Source: Octopus vulgaris (Eukaryota). From it: 64,000 nucleotides of DNA. The notes beneath the pieces were generated by a model. That model searched no databases, had not been told where the DNA came from, and saw only the letters and a program-made list of their open reading frames with translations. The stretch spans positions 23,622,001-23,686,000 of the forward strand of contig OX597837.1 in NCBI GenBank assembly GCA_951406725.2. The letters are read 5' to 3'. The translations under genes were made by a program, and so were the position numbers. Below are positions 12,690-25,947 of the stretch, in pieces; positions within the stretch are counted from its first letter, which is position 1, and every line of letters starts with the position of its first letter.

Positions 12690-13520
12690 CATGGTTACTC
12701 TGCAGTGAGACCATGCCTCTGACAGTAGCTACTTAGTAGTTAGTCCTTCAGTGTGCTAGTGGCAATGATGTAATTAGCCTATGACAGAAGCTACACTGTA
12801 CTTAGACCATCTATTGGCTACGATGTAGTTAGCTCATCACACTGACATCAGTAGCTATGATGTTGTTAGCCCAGAGTACTTAATCTAGCACTGTAAGAGT
12901 ATCTATATTGTAGTTAGCCCTTCACAGTGACAGTAGCTACACTATACTTAGACCATTACTATACCAGTAGCTGTTATGTACTTAGCCAATCAAACTGACA
13001 GAAGCTACACTGTGCTTTGACCAGCACTTTGAAAGTAGCTATGATGTAGTTAGCCCTTCATACTGACAGTAGTTACACTATACTTAGACCATATCTATTT
13101 CAGTGTCTATAACGTAGTCTATAAGCCCATCACGCCGGCTGTAACTACATGGTACTTACGCCAGCATAGTGAGAGTAGCTATAACGTAGTTAGCCCTTCA
13201 TACTGACAGTAGTTACACTATACTTAGACCATATCTATTCCAGTGTCTATAATGTAGTAAGCCCATCACACCGGCTGTAGCTACATGGTACTTATGCCAG
13301 CATAGTGAAAGTAGCTATGATATAGTTAGCCCTTCATAGTGACAGTAGCTACCCCATACTTAGACTATTACTATGTCAGTGATTATGATATAGTTAGCCC
13401 ATCACACTGACAGAAGTTACACTGTACTTAAGCCTAGCACTGTGAGACAAGCTACAATGTAGTTGAAACACTACTGTAACAATAACAATAGTTACACTAT
13501 TGTCAGACCATTACTATGTA
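12690..13520. repeat. Degenerate ~34-bp minisatellite with ~136-140 bp higher-order unit
   Basis: gtagctat(g/a)a..tagttagcccttcata.tgacagtag recurs at ~13036, ~13175, ~13311. Confidence 0.75.
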
Positions 13521-14246
13521 AGTTTGCCCTTTGTTATATCAGTAGTTAAGGAACATTGTAATAGAGTGGTGTACTGTGGGTAGTAAGTTAGTGGTGTAAT
13601 GAACTTTATTAGGTAAACTTCAAAGTAGTTTTATAAAGCAAATATATACTTCATTGCAAGTATATGTATATGATGGTTATGAATACACAGCATGCACATA
13701 TACACACACTTTCATATACGCATACAGTCAGTGTAGGGAATATAGAAAACAAAAATAGTGTTGAATTATATCAGTAACAGAACAGCCCATACTTCATACA
13801 ATTGTCTTTTGCTGTTGATCTCTGCTGGTGTTTTCACTTAATGGTAATCTAAAAGAACCATAAAAATTATTATTAACTTTGGTATCCTGATTTAAGGAAA
13901 TACCAAGGAGATAGGCACAGTAGCTGAGACTGGCTCAAGGGATCTATGGGACCATAGGCAGAACCTTTCCACAAGCAAAAACTAGTTCAGTCCTTGATGC
14001 CCCACTCAGGCAAAGCCTACAGGCTAAGGGGCAAAATGTCTGTACCATTAGATACCTGGTGATGATAAGGACTGGTTTCTAAACATTGTGGTGAATTTAG
14101 AAGTGCATGTAAAACCGCTTAGTTGATCCTGCAGTTTCTCTGTGTGACAAAGCATCTCTGGCATTTATTTCACTATTATTTCTCTTAGAATTTAGCAGAT
14201 ATTTTGGCAGATCTCTGGACAGAAATCTTTTATAGGCAAGGAAATA

Positions 14247-15030
14247 CAAGGGTCAGGTGAAAAGTTCATAGGCTGACCAAAATACTCCCATAGTATGTGA
14301 CTAAATGAAGTTTATTTTTCCACATAATCCCTCTTGCAGTCCGCATACTTCTCTCATCAGTGTTGCAGTGCTTGGATCCCGTTAGCGAAGAAACTTTCAT
14401 CCTGTTGGTCAAAACAGTCATCAATAGCAGGTATGACATCATCATCAGTGTGATACTGGTTCCGAGCCAAGTGTTTTTTCATGTTGGGGAACAGATGATA
14501 GGGAGGCTGATCAAACAGTTCAAAGCCAGTCATCACACACAGCAGCCATTGAAAGCAAGGACTTGTGTGCTGAAGCATTGTCCTGATGAAACAAGACCCC
14601 TTTTGCATCCCAAGAAATTGAGGACATCACTTTCTCTGCACATGAAACGACTTTGGCCTTCGTTGGAGCTGATGAGGAGAATATTTCTACTGCATGGATT
14701 GTCTCTTTGTCTCTTGCTCAAAATGATGAACCCAACACTCATCTTGGGTTAGGAAACATTCAAGCAAACCAGCTGGATCTACCTCAAACAATGTCAGATT
14801 TCCTGTTATGTGATTAGTATGTTGTACTTTCGATCAAGTCTCAGAAGACATGGTGCCCATCAAGAAGAAGCCTTCATCATGGCAAGTTCATTGGGCAGAA
14901 TATTCTCAACACTCTCATGGGATATTCTAATAGCATTGGCTATTTGAGTTATGGTCGATCACTTGTCATCCATCACCAAGTGGTGAACACAATCAATTTT
15001 CCTCAGTGTGGTGGCAGTTTTAGGACGTCT
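14247..15030 (-). pseudogene. Mariner transposase remnant with one TIR
   Basis: Minus frames give RWAP, TQDECWV, HHFEQETKRQSMQ, HLFPNMKKHLA...FFANGIQALQH; mariner-like end TA-caagggtcaggtgaaaagttc. Confidence 0.85.
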
Positions 15031-15251
15031 TCAAAATAATGGTTTCAAATTTTGGCATAGGGCCAGGAGTTTTTGAGGGGAGGGGAAGTCGATAAACTCG
15101 ACACTGAAGTTCAACTAGTACTCAGTTTATCAGTCCCGAAAGAGTGAAAAGCAAAGTTGACCTCAGCAGAAATTGAACTCAAAACATAAAGATTAATGAA
15201 ATGCCACTAAGCATTTTCTCCAGCATGCTAATGATTCTGCCCATTCACTGC

Positions 15252-15604
15252 TTTTACTCTTTTATTTGTTTCAGTCATTTGACTGTGGTCATGCTGGAGC
15301 ACCACCTTTAGTTGAGCAAATTGACCCCAGGACTTATTCTTTGTAAGCCTAGTACTTATTCTATCGGTCTCTTTTGCTAAGTTACGGGGATGCAAACATA
15401 CCAGCATCGGTTGTCAAGCAACACACATATATACATATATACGATGGGCTTCTTTCAGTTTCCATGTACCAAATCCACTCACAAGGCTTTGGTTGGCTCG
15501 AGGCTATAGTAGAAGACACTTGCCCAAGGTGCCACGCAGAGGGACTTAACCTGGAACCATGTGGTTGGTAAGCAAGCTACTTACTACACAGCCACTCCTG
15601 CACC
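15252..15604 (-). mobile_element. SINE family A (internal deletions)
   Basis: Homology to other A copies. Confidence 0.85.
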
Positions 15605-15985
15605 TTTGTCCAACATTATAATAATATTGTTTAACAATGGGTGCAGGTATGGCTGTGTGGTGAGAAACTTGCACCCCAACCACTTGGTTTTAGGTTCAAT
15701 CTGTGACAAGTGAGAAATTTATGGTCACAACAAAAGTCATTATACACCCACTACTCCCCTCCTTATCAGATGACTAAAATGGATGATGTGTTGCAATTCA
15801 TCTGCTGCCTGCTTGAAAATCCATTTGAACAAATGCACAAGTGTAGAGCAACTGTTGATTAAGTCCTCAATTAAAATTCCATACTCTCTCTCTCTCTCTC
15901 TCTATATACACACACACACACACTAAAAACTAAAAATGAATATAAGCAGCTACACGCAATATAAAATCATAAATGAAAGATTTAA

Positions 15986-16293
15986 CCCCTTACCCGGCAG
16001 AAACGAATATATTCGTTTTGACCGAAATCGTTTTTTTCTATCTCTGGCGAGTTAACTCGTCAAAAGATAGACTCGCCAAAATCGACAGCAAACGAGTTCC
16101 TTCGTCTAAAAACGGGTTAACTCGTTTCTGCCCAAAGCGGTAATTTAAAATCAATATTATTGAATTAAAATTCATAATAAATAAGGTTTGAAATATACCT
16201 CGAAATCACCATTCAAAACATAGTAAAATAAAACAATTAAAAAATATGTCTGAAAAAATACATTTATTTTCAAAATAATTGTTGGGTAAGGGG
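15986..16293. mobile_element. piggyBac-type MITE
   Basis: TTAA-ccccttaccc ... gggtaagggg-TTAA; CpG-rich interior. Confidence 0.8.
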
Positions 16294-16296
16294 TTA

Positions 16297-16460
16297 ATCA
16301 TCACTAATTGTGACTGAGGGTGACGAATAGCACCTATATTGCTAGAAATAAGAGTGAAAACCCTTAAAGATGCATAAACAATTATGCAGCTTTAAGGCTT
16401 TTAACTCTTATTTCTAGCAACATAGGTGTGCAACACCCTCAGTCACAATTAGTGACGACT
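16297..16460. repeat. Fold-back palindrome
   Basis: tcactaattgtgactgagggtg...tgctagaaataagagt vs actcttatttctagca...caccctcagtcacaattagtga. Confidence 0.85.
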
Positions 16461-16489
16461 ATGTACCTATATATATATATATATCATTA

Positions 16490-16852
16490 CAGATATAGGG
16501 TGAAAGATAATTAATTTAATAAAATCAACAAATTTCACCTAGTAGTTTTTCGGTATGGAAAAGGACATATTCGGTAAAAACTTATACAAAAAGTTTTTTT
16601 TATATATAATTATAACAATAAGGGTTTTGCAACAAGTTGCTTGACCACATACCGAAAATTTCAGAAATAGCAGCCAAAGGATTACTATTTCCTTTTTCTA
16701 CAAAAGTATGTCTCCACAGACAACAATATTTGTAACTCATTTGTGAGTTTTGTAGAAAAAGGAAATAGTAATCCTTTGGCTGCTATTTCTAAAATTTTCG
16801 GTATGTGGTCAAGCAACCTGTTGCAAAACCCTTATTGTTATAATTATATATA
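16490..16852. mobile_element. Fold-back element (family shared with 38095-38380)
   Basis: ~100-bp near-perfect inverted arms (accacataccgaaaatttcagaaatagcagccaaagg) with ~40-bp spacer, preceded by a leader. Confidence 0.75.
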
Positions 16853-18984
16853 TATATACTCTGGTGTGTGTGTGTAAAATAGGAACAGGCATGGCTGTGT
16901 GTTAGGAGGTTTGCTTCCCAACCACATGGTTCTAGGTTCAGTCCATTGCATTGCATCTTGAGCAAATGCCTTCTACTTTAGCCCTGGGCTGATCATAGAG
17001 TCTTGTGAGTTGATTTGGTTGACAGAAACTGAAAAAAACCCAATGTGTTTTGGGTGGTGTGTGGGTGGGATTGTGTCTTCTTGTTTTGACATTACATGAC
17101 AGATGTAAATGATTGTCCCTGTCATACAAGTGGTGTCATTCATTTCCAGTATGCCTTGCAAAATATTACCTTGTTTGGAAACAGGTGAGTGTTGGTATCA
17201 TGAAGGGCATTTGGCTATAGAAAATCTGCCTCGATAATTTCTGTCCAACCTGTGGAAGCATGGAAAAGTGGACATTAAAATGACGATGTGCCACAGAAAA
17301 ATTTAAACCAAATTTAGGGTCAGGTCGTTACCTAAGGGCTTTTGGCAGGGAAGCTAAACATACCTGATGCAGGTAAAAATGACTGCAATAAGAAAGGTAA
17401 AATATGATAAAAACAATTAGTTGCTTGTTAAAAGAATTCTATCTCCTGTCCCACTTTTCAAGAGAAACACTTACCATTCCAAGATGTCACTACCAAAACA
17501 ATTAGTTGACCAATATTTCTAATTTACCTTAAGGTGGCAAGCTGGCAGATTTGTTAGCTTAGCAGTATTTCGTCCATCTTAATGTTCTGAGTTCAAATTC
17601 TACTGAAGTCAGCATTGTCTTTCATCCTTCCAGGTTTGATAAAATAAATGCCAGTTGAGTAGTGGGGTCGATGTAATCAACTTATTCTCTCCCCCAAAGT
17701 TGCTGGCCTTGTGCTAAACATTGAAACCAATATTTCTAGTTTACCTTAAGGTGGCAAGCTGGCAGAATCATCATCATGCCAGGCAAAATGCTTAGCAGCA
17801 TTTCATGTCTTTTTACAGTCTGAGTTCAAATCGTGTGTAGGCTGACTTTTGCCTTTCACCCTTTTGGGGTGAAAGTACCAGTTGAACATTGGGATCAGTT
17901 TAATCAGCCTACTACTTCCCCAGAAATTGGTGGCCCTGTGCCAAAACACACACACATCAGAGGATGAGCTTTCAGTTTTCATCTACCAAATCCACCCACA
18001 AGGCTTTGTTTGTCCTGAGGCTATAGTAGAAGACGCTTGCCCAAGGTGTCATGCAATGAGACTGAACCCAGAACCCTGTGGTTGGGAAGCAAGCTTCTTA
18101 CTGCGCAGCCACACCTGTTTTCAACGTTGCATGAAAACATGTCTGGTCATTGTGTTGCGTTATGTCTAAAGGACTATGGGAAAATATGACCTTACTTGGT
18201 AGACAGGTGAAGGTTGGGACCTTACATGATAGACAGGTGAAGAGCAACTGACCACAGAAAAATGTGTTACACCAAATAATATGTGACCCGTAAGCACAGA
18301 AAAGTCAAGGCAAAGCCAACGATGATGATGAGTCTGGAGATTGAATTAAAAGTTTGGGCGTCATGCCTGACTATTACAACCTCATTATTTATTAATTAAA
18401 AGAAAAAACAAAACAAAATAAAACCACTTTTTTATTATTAATGTGTGACTTGATTTTATGTTTTCTCTATAAAAAATATTAATAACTCAAATAAATTATA
18501 GTCCTAACTAAAACTGCCCCTGTGTAACTGACCTATTATTTGGGAATTTCTTTAAAAATGATTATCTCCAGATTCTATGGCTGTAGTTTGTATCTTGTAA
18601 AAATTATCCTGTACATGTGTGTGTGTGTGTGTGTCTGTGTGTGTGTGTATGTGCGACACATTTTGTCACGATACATTGCTGTTTATTATCAACTTTGATG
18701 CAGGGTCTTCTGTACACTACGGCTTCTCTTTCAGAAATCTTGTTTGTTATTGCTACACGATTTTGTTGTATTGGAATGTTTAGCTGTCTTTACAGGGCTT
18801 CGTTTTCTGTTCTCCGCTGTGAGAATGCAAATTCTGCTGTTATCTCTTTGAATGCTTAAAAGCATTTAAACAATATTTATTATCATCATTGTTGTTGTTC
18901 TTCTTATTGTTGTTGTTTTCATTTATATTTATATTTGGGAAATATTGGTATTCAATCACTACAAGAATATAATTTTGTGTATTT

Positions 18985-19125
18985 ATATATCTGTGTGTAT
19001 TTATCTATGTATATAGATATGTATGTTTACATATCTACACATATGTATAGCGCGTATATATATATGTGTGTGTATATATGTATATATATACATATGTACA
19101 GTGCGTAAATATGTGTGTGTGTGTC

Positions 19126-19177
<52 letters not shown>

Positions 19178-19204
19178 TATCTATACATATGTATCATGCA
19201 TATA

Positions 19205-19255
<51 letters not shown>

Positions 19256-19420
19256 GTATAGTGTGTGTGTATATATATGCATAGTGTGTGTATATATGTA
19301 TATATATATAGTGTGTATATATATATGTATAGTGTGTGTATATATATATATGTATAATGTATATATATATATATGTATAAAGTATATATATATATATATA
19401 TCCATAATACATATACATCA
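18985..19420. repeat. Compound (TA)n/(TG)n/(CA)n microsatellite field
   Basis: Direct. Confidence 0.9.
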
Positions 19421-19560
19421 AATGAAATACACAACCAAAAGAGCTACTAATAGTTTCATGCTATTATGATACTTGAACAGGCATATTTCTAAAATACACC
19501 ATGTATCTTAAAGTAATCTTTCAGGTCCTGTTTATACAATATATATGTGTGTGTGTGTGT

Positions 19561-19603
<43 letters not shown>

Positions 19604-19609
19604 TATGCT

Positions 19610-20226
19610 GTGCGTGAGAAGACCCAGCAAGACCAGTGAGAACAGTCAGAATCAAAATCAAAATGAAAATCAAACCAAATCAAATCAGATATCAGAAAGC
19701 AGAACCAAAATTGAGGCCGATTAACATCAGTGGAAGTTGCAGCTGTGGTTAAGTGAACCATCCGATCGTCGTGTCCACTGCCAGCCTCGCCTGGCTCCCG
19801 TGCCGGTGGCACATAAAAGCACCATCCGTTCTTGTCCGTTGCCAGGCTCACCTGGCCCCCGTGCTGGTTGCACGTAAAAGCACCATCCGCTCACGTCCGT
19901 TGCCAGCCTCGTCTGGACCCCGTGCCGGTGGCACGTAAAACACCATCCGTTCGTGTCTGTTGCCAGCCTTGCCTGGCCCCCGTACCGGTGACACGTAAAA
20001 ACACCATCCGTTCATGGCCGTTTGCCAGCTCCGTCTGGCACCTGTGCGGGTGGCACGTAAAAAGCACCCACTACACTCACGGAGTGGTTGGCGTTAGGAA
20101 GGGCATCCAGCCGTAGAAACACTGCCAGATCTGACTGGGCCTGATGCGGCCTTCCGGCTTCACAGACCCCAGTTGAACCGTCCAACCCATGCTAGCATGG
20201 AAAACGGATGCTAAATGATGATGATG

Positions 20227-20227
<1 letters not shown>
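19610..20227 (+). mobile_element. Family C copy with several internal modules
   Basis: Repeated gtgccggtggcacgtaaaagcaccatccg modules then the conserved 3' end and (gat)n. Confidence 0.85.
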
Positions 20228-20257
<30 letters not shown>

Positions 20258-20311
20258 TATAATCATCGATGATGATATATATATAAATGTGTGTGTGTGT
20301 GTGTTTATATA

Positions 20312-20362
<51 letters not shown>

Positions 20363-20602
20363 TCAGTTAGGTGTTAAATAACCCCCTAAGGAATATTAAA
20401 TATCCGAAGAATGTAGTGGTTTTTCTATCTATATAAATAACAATGTTATGGACTATTGCTCTTAACAAGTCGGTAAATAGATAAATTAAATAAACTTATA
20501 GTATCTTAATATGTATATATATATTAGAAATGGAAACCAAAATAATAAATTGAACAATTAAATAATTTAATCATTAAACGATAAATTCAATTGTATTTTA
20601 TA

Positions 20603-21013
20603 GGTATAGGAATGGCTGTGTGGTAAGTAGCTTGCTTATGAACCACATAGCTCCAGGTTCAGTCCCACTGTGTGGCCCCTTGTGTGTCTTCTACTATAGC
20701 CTCGGGCTGACCAAAGCCTTGTGAATGGATTTGTTAGACGGAAACTGAAAGAAGCCCATTGTATATATGTATATATATATATATGTATGTGTGTGTATAT
20801 GTTTGTGTGTCTGTGTTTGTCCCCCTAGCATTGCTTGACAACCGATGCTGGTGTGTTTAAGGTCCCCGTTACTTAGCGGTTCGGCAAAAGAGATGGATAG
20901 AATAAGTACTGGGCTTACAAAAGAATAAGTCCTAGGGTCTATTTGCTCGATTAAAGGCGGTGCTCCAGCATGGCCACAGTCAAATGACTGAAACAAGTAA
21001 AAGAGTAAAAGAG
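20603..21013 (+). mobile_element. SINE family A
   Basis: Head-to-tail homology to other copies. Confidence 0.9.
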
Positions 21014-21492
21014 TATATATATGTTTGTGTGTTTGTGTAAATATATTAGCCATATAGGATCAAAGTAAATACATTGGGTTAGCAAGGAATCAAAGATTCA
21101 TTTCGTACAAATTTTTGCTTGTAGAGAAAAGCTGGACATTCAAGCAAACAGAAAATTCAAAATATTCCTTTTTTTCAAAATAATGGAAGGAAATGATTAA
21201 TTATGGAAGGCAAGAGAATACTTTGCAGGTATTTTGAATCTGAAACTAAACTAGAAATCGTCAACACTACTACTGACAACTTCCTCCATGCAGATTACTC
21301 CCAGAACAATTATGTCTGACATGCTGAGAACAACAAAAGATTTGTGATATGTGCTCCTCTCTCCCATCCTTTCATCCATCTTCACTGCCCTCTGTTCCTA
21401 GAAGGGCTGTATGGTCCTATCAGAAACATTACACTTTCTGGATGGATTCCCAGGTGTGACAAACTGAGATTATGGATATTAAGCAATTATCG

Positions 21493-21762
21493 TTTTGGCG
21501 TTAGGAAGGGCATCTTGGCGTTAGGAAGGGCATATTTGGTGTTAGGAAGGGCATCTTGGTGTTAGGAAGGGCATCTTGGCATTAGGAAGGGCATCTTGGC
21601 GTTAGGAAGGGCATCTTTGGCTTTAGGAAGGGCATCCAACTGTAGAAACACTGCCAGATCAGACTGGAGCCTGGTGCAGCCAGTCTGGCTTCCCAGACCC
21701 CAGTTGAACCATCCAACCCATGCTAGCATGGAAAACAGACGTTAAACGATGATGATGATGAT
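21493..21762 (+). mobile_element. Family C 3' end with 20-bp tandem expansion
   Basis: (ttggcgttaggaagggcatc)x7 followed by the family C tail. Confidence 0.85.
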
Positions 21763-21769
21763 CTTGTTC

Positions 21770-22008
21770 TTGGTCTACTCCATAGGTTTATTGCTGGTTG
21801 GCTCGGCTTGAAGAATATGTATTGTGATTTCTTTTCTTGTGACATTCTAATCATATGTCCATCGTACTGGATCTCACAAAATGGTGAAGTAGTGGCTTGA
21901 CTTGGAGAGAATCTCTGGTCTTTGAGCTAGACATCCCATCAAGATACCATTTGGAGGAACTCTATTTTGGCCACTTTTGTTCGTGATCATACTCATTTGG
22001 TCAGTACC
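21770..22008 (-). pseudogene. RTE-like LINE ORF2 3' fragment
   Basis: Frameshifted minus translation: VLTK..SRTKVAKIEFLQ, RDSLQVKPLLHH, GHMIRMSQE, ILQAEP...RP. Confidence 0.55.
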
Positions 22009-22084
22009 TAAAAAAAAAATTTTTTAAAAAAGAACAAAAATTGTTTTGATAATTTTAATTTAAGAAAATCTATCTTTCATGAAG

Positions 22085-22386
22085 GTGTGAGACTTAGTGG
22101 TTAGGGTGTTGCACTCATGATCTAGCAATCATGGGTTCTGTTTCGCAACCGAGTGGTATGTTGCGTTATTTCATATTGCTCCAGTCCACTCAGCTGTAAA
22201 TAGATAACCCTGTGATGAACTAGCCTTCTGATTGGCGGTGGGGGGTGGGGGTGGGGGTGGAATATTGGTCTACTTGCCTAGCCAGTGGGGTGGCATCATT
22301 CAAAGGCTAAAATGATCCAAACTGCTTTGTGACCAGTGATGTATAACAACAACCAATAGTCTGGTCAATCATGTGATCACATGATC
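22085..22386 (+). mobile_element. Degenerate SINE with E-like head/core and D-type tail
   Basis: ttagtggttagggtg head, tatttcatattgctccagtccactcagctgtaaat core, then ...ggtcaatcatgtgatcacatga tail. Confidence 0.6.
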
Positions 22387-24002
22387 TTCCAATACATATA
22401 GAAAAATTATGTGACTTCTACAGTAATAAATTAATGAAGTTACCATTAGCTATCTTAAAGTCACTGTGGTATATTTTTTGAGAATGTCCGAATTATAAAT
22501 TAAACAGCAAGGGTTCACTCCACCCAAGAGATATTTTAGTATATAGACACTGTAGATACGGGATATGTCAGATTACTTTCTTTGATCTTCTTTCTTCTCT
22601 CCTTTTCCAACTTGAGTAACCAAATATATCAACTATTGCAAGATATTTGTTTCTTTCCCTCTGTCATACTCTAACCTCTTATCACCTGGCATAAAGCCAC
22701 CTTCCTCAATACAACCCTATCCCTCATTTTCTGGGTTTTGTCTTGCAAATTACTTGGTGACCTCTCTGGTGCTGGTGCCTTGTAAAAAAGAGCAACCAGT
22801 ATACTCTCTAAATTGGTTGGCATTAGGAAGGGCATCCAACCATAGAAATCATACCAAAGCAGACAGTAGAGCTTGGTGTAGTCTTCTAACCTGTCAACTC
22901 CTGTTAAACTGTCCAACCCATGCCAGCATGGAAAATGGTTCTTAAATGATGATGATGATGGTGATCATGATGGTGAGGACTGCAAAGAGATGGCTGTTTA
23001 ATACTATAATCCCAGAAGTACCAGTGAGTGAGGAATAAAGATTTATTTAGAGATGAGGTTTGAAAGGAACTAGAATAAATGAAGATCTGGTTTCTGCATG
23101 TTATCAGAATGGAGGTACATGATAAATTAATGCCCATCTTGGTAATCAGTTTTTTTTAAATGGAAATTTTATGCTTTTATTGAATATGAGAAAGCAACAG
23201 ATTAATAGTTTATTAAACTTATTAGTTAAATTAGACCTACATTTAATAATTTCCAATGCCTTTATTAAGCACAAATCACTGATACCAACACCTCCTCTAG
23301 GTGGAGGAGCACTACCTATGATTGACCATGAAACTGGATAGTTGGTTTTCTCCTTGAGGTTCCAGATGAATTTAGGTAGTAAAGTGCAGTTGTCTTTTGT
23401 TTTGCATTTAAAAGAGTTATGTGATATGATTTTGAATTTTTATTTATTACCATATTTTTCTTTGTGAAGTTATGGAATAAAATATTTGACAATATGTGCG
23501 TAAGTTTAATATCCATTGAAAATATACAGGAATATGGGCTTAATTCGTAATTTATCCATGTATAATTTTCATGTGTGTTTATTTGATCTTTGAAGGGAAA
23601 AAGTAAGGGAGAGTGTCGGGGAGAAATTGGATAGAAAGCAAGAAGAGAGAGAGAGAAGTATTGGAGAAATGTTGCTGATGCCATTAAAGAAATATGTTGG
23701 TGTGTTTTACTGTATGCAGAGAAACTATTTTCTATATAATCTGTTTTCCTGTCTTCACCAGAATCGTCTTTCACATGACAAATATTCATTCAATCATTTA
23801 TGACACAGCTAACCCTGTCTTCATCAGCAAAGATTTCTTTAATTCGACTTCATCTATCATAGTTATCCACTATGGCTTCACAATTATTATTTCTTTTCTG
23901 TCTATTAGTAAAATTTTTTATTTATATTCATTTTGTGTGTATCAAAATACTGGGGAGGAAGTATGTAGGTAACAGATACACTTTTATATATATATTTATT
24001 TG

Positions 24003-24315
24003 TGGAGGTGCAATGGTCTAGTGGTTAGGGCAGCAGACTCACGGTTGTAGGATCGTGGTTTCGATTCCCAGACCGGGAGTTGTGAGTGTTTATTGAGCGA
24101 AAACACCTAATGCTCCAGGAGGATCCGGCAGGGGGTGGTGGCGATCCCTGCTGTACTCTTTCACCACAACTTTCTCTCACTCTGTCTTCTGTTGGCCTGC
24201 TCGCTTAGCCAGCGAGGTGGCATCATTTGAAGGCTAAAACAATGCGAAGTACATTGTGACCAGCGATGTGTAGCAACATCTGATAGCCTGGTCGGTCACT
24301 GTGATCACAGTGATA
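24003..24315 (+). mobile_element. SINE family D, full length
   Basis: tggtctagtggttagg (A box) ... ggtttcgattccc (B box); tail ends tcactgtgatcacagtga(ta)n. Confidence 0.88.
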
Positions 24316-24384
24316 TATATATATATATATATATATATTTATTTAATTATTTCCTTGGGTGTATCTTTTAAGCATTCCAGTTAT

Positions 24385-25545
24385 TGTTAAGGATTGGCAG
24401 AAAGAATAGATGGGCAGAATAAATGCCTGGTTACATTTAGCTATGTCTCTTTACACACACAGTTCAAATGTTGTGATGGTCAACTTTATCATCTTCTGGA
24501 GTTACTAAAATAAAATACCAGTCAAGTTCTTGGATTTATCTAATTGCCTAAGCTCTCCCAACAAATTTCAGGCACTTTGTCTGTTAGAGAAAAGTGAAGA
24601 GTGGTGAACTAGCAAGGTTGTTAGATGGTGGACGAAATATCTCATGATGTTTGTTCTGACTTTTTGCATTCTGAGCTCAACTCATGTTGCCATTGTTAAC
24701 ACTATCTTTCATCTTTTCAGAAGCTGGTTAATAGTACTGACTAAAACCCACCCATCTAGATAAATAAAAATTCATGCTCAGATTACATAACCATATTCAC
24801 TCTTTTAAATACAAAAAAAGATTACTCTTCACTGACTAAGTTCATCTGGGACTTCAGGGAGAAAAACATTGACTACTCAATTTCATGCTTGGGGAGTGTT
24901 GATATCTCTGATTTGTACCTACTGTAGAGGCAATAGAAACTCTTAAATGTTGGCCTAATTTCGTTAATAAGCTTAACAAGTTCCCTTGCTTCCACTTAAT
25001 AAATTCCAGGCCTTGTGCCTAAACTAGAAATTATTAGTGAGGGCAATAGATTGTGCTATTTCTTCCAACTCTTTATATTCTATTTTCAAATTCTGCCATG
25101 GCCAACTTTGCTTTCCATTTCTCCTGCATTGATAAAATAAGATACCAGTCAAATACTGGGGACAGAGGTATCAACTTATCTCCTCTCCTTAAAATTGCTT
25201 AATATAAGCTTTGTGCTTATATCAGAAGCCATTATCATCATTATTATTATTCCCCTGCCCCAAAATGGCTGCCCTTGTGGCAAAATTTGGAACTATTATT
25301 GTTATTAATAATAATAATAATGATAATCCTTTCTACTATAAGCAAAAGGCCTGAAATTTCGGGGAGGAGATAGTCAATTCCATTGATCCCAGTGTGTACC
25401 TGGTTCTTATTTTATTGACCCTGAGAGGATGAAAGGCAAAATCAACCTCAGTGGAATTTGAACTTGGAACAAGGGTGGACAAAATGCCACTTAGCATTTT
25501 GCCCGGCTTGCTAATGATTCTGCCAGCTCACCACCTCACTAGTAA
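24385..25545. mobile_element. Cluster of old family-B-related SINEs in both orientations
   Basis: Recurrent decayed gagttcaaat / tttcatc / ataaaataa..taccagt motifs; clearest copy 25325-25540 (-). Confidence 0.55.
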
Positions 25546-25947
25546 TAATAATGTATGTAGTTTGTCTGTCGATGTGACGAAGACTATCTAGTCATCCTGG
25601 GGTGGGGGTGGGCTTGTTTTGTGAGTCCGCAGACGGCTAGTGAGGCCAGTCTGCGCCCGAAAGAGTCTTTGACAGCATGGACAGGGAATGGTAGCGCCTG
25701 CTACAGGGTTGTTAGCTCTGTTCTTCCTGGCTTGTCTGCGGTCTTCTGCAGCAGAGATCCTATTGGTCTCACATGTGATGGCACCCTTGTGGACAGCTGA
25801 TCGCCACCCTTCTCTGTCTAGAGCAGACTTCTCCCAAGTGTCATGGTCAATGTTGAAGGCTTTCAGTGAGGCTTTCAGTGTGTCCTTAAAGCGCTTCTTC
25901 TGGCTGCCTTGTGAGCGCTTTCCCTTTTGCAGCTTGCTAAAGATCAA
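25545..25947 (-). pseudogene. RTE-clade LINE 3' end (ORF2 C-terminus with zinc-finger-like motif), 5'-truncated
   Basis: GKRSQGSQKKRFKDTLKASLKAFNIDHDTWEKSALDREGWRSAV...CPCCQRLFRAQTGLTSRLRTH, short 3' UTR and (TTA)n. Confidence 0.88.

Noticed and set aside
18640-18860. CpG-retaining unique segment as a possible terminal exon on the minus strand
   Set aside because: Only a weak acceptor and short frames; no recognisable homology.
23316-23972. 157-aa and 92-aa ORFs in unique AT-rich sequence
   Set aside because: No recognisable domain and no consistent splice structure; cannot support as CDS.
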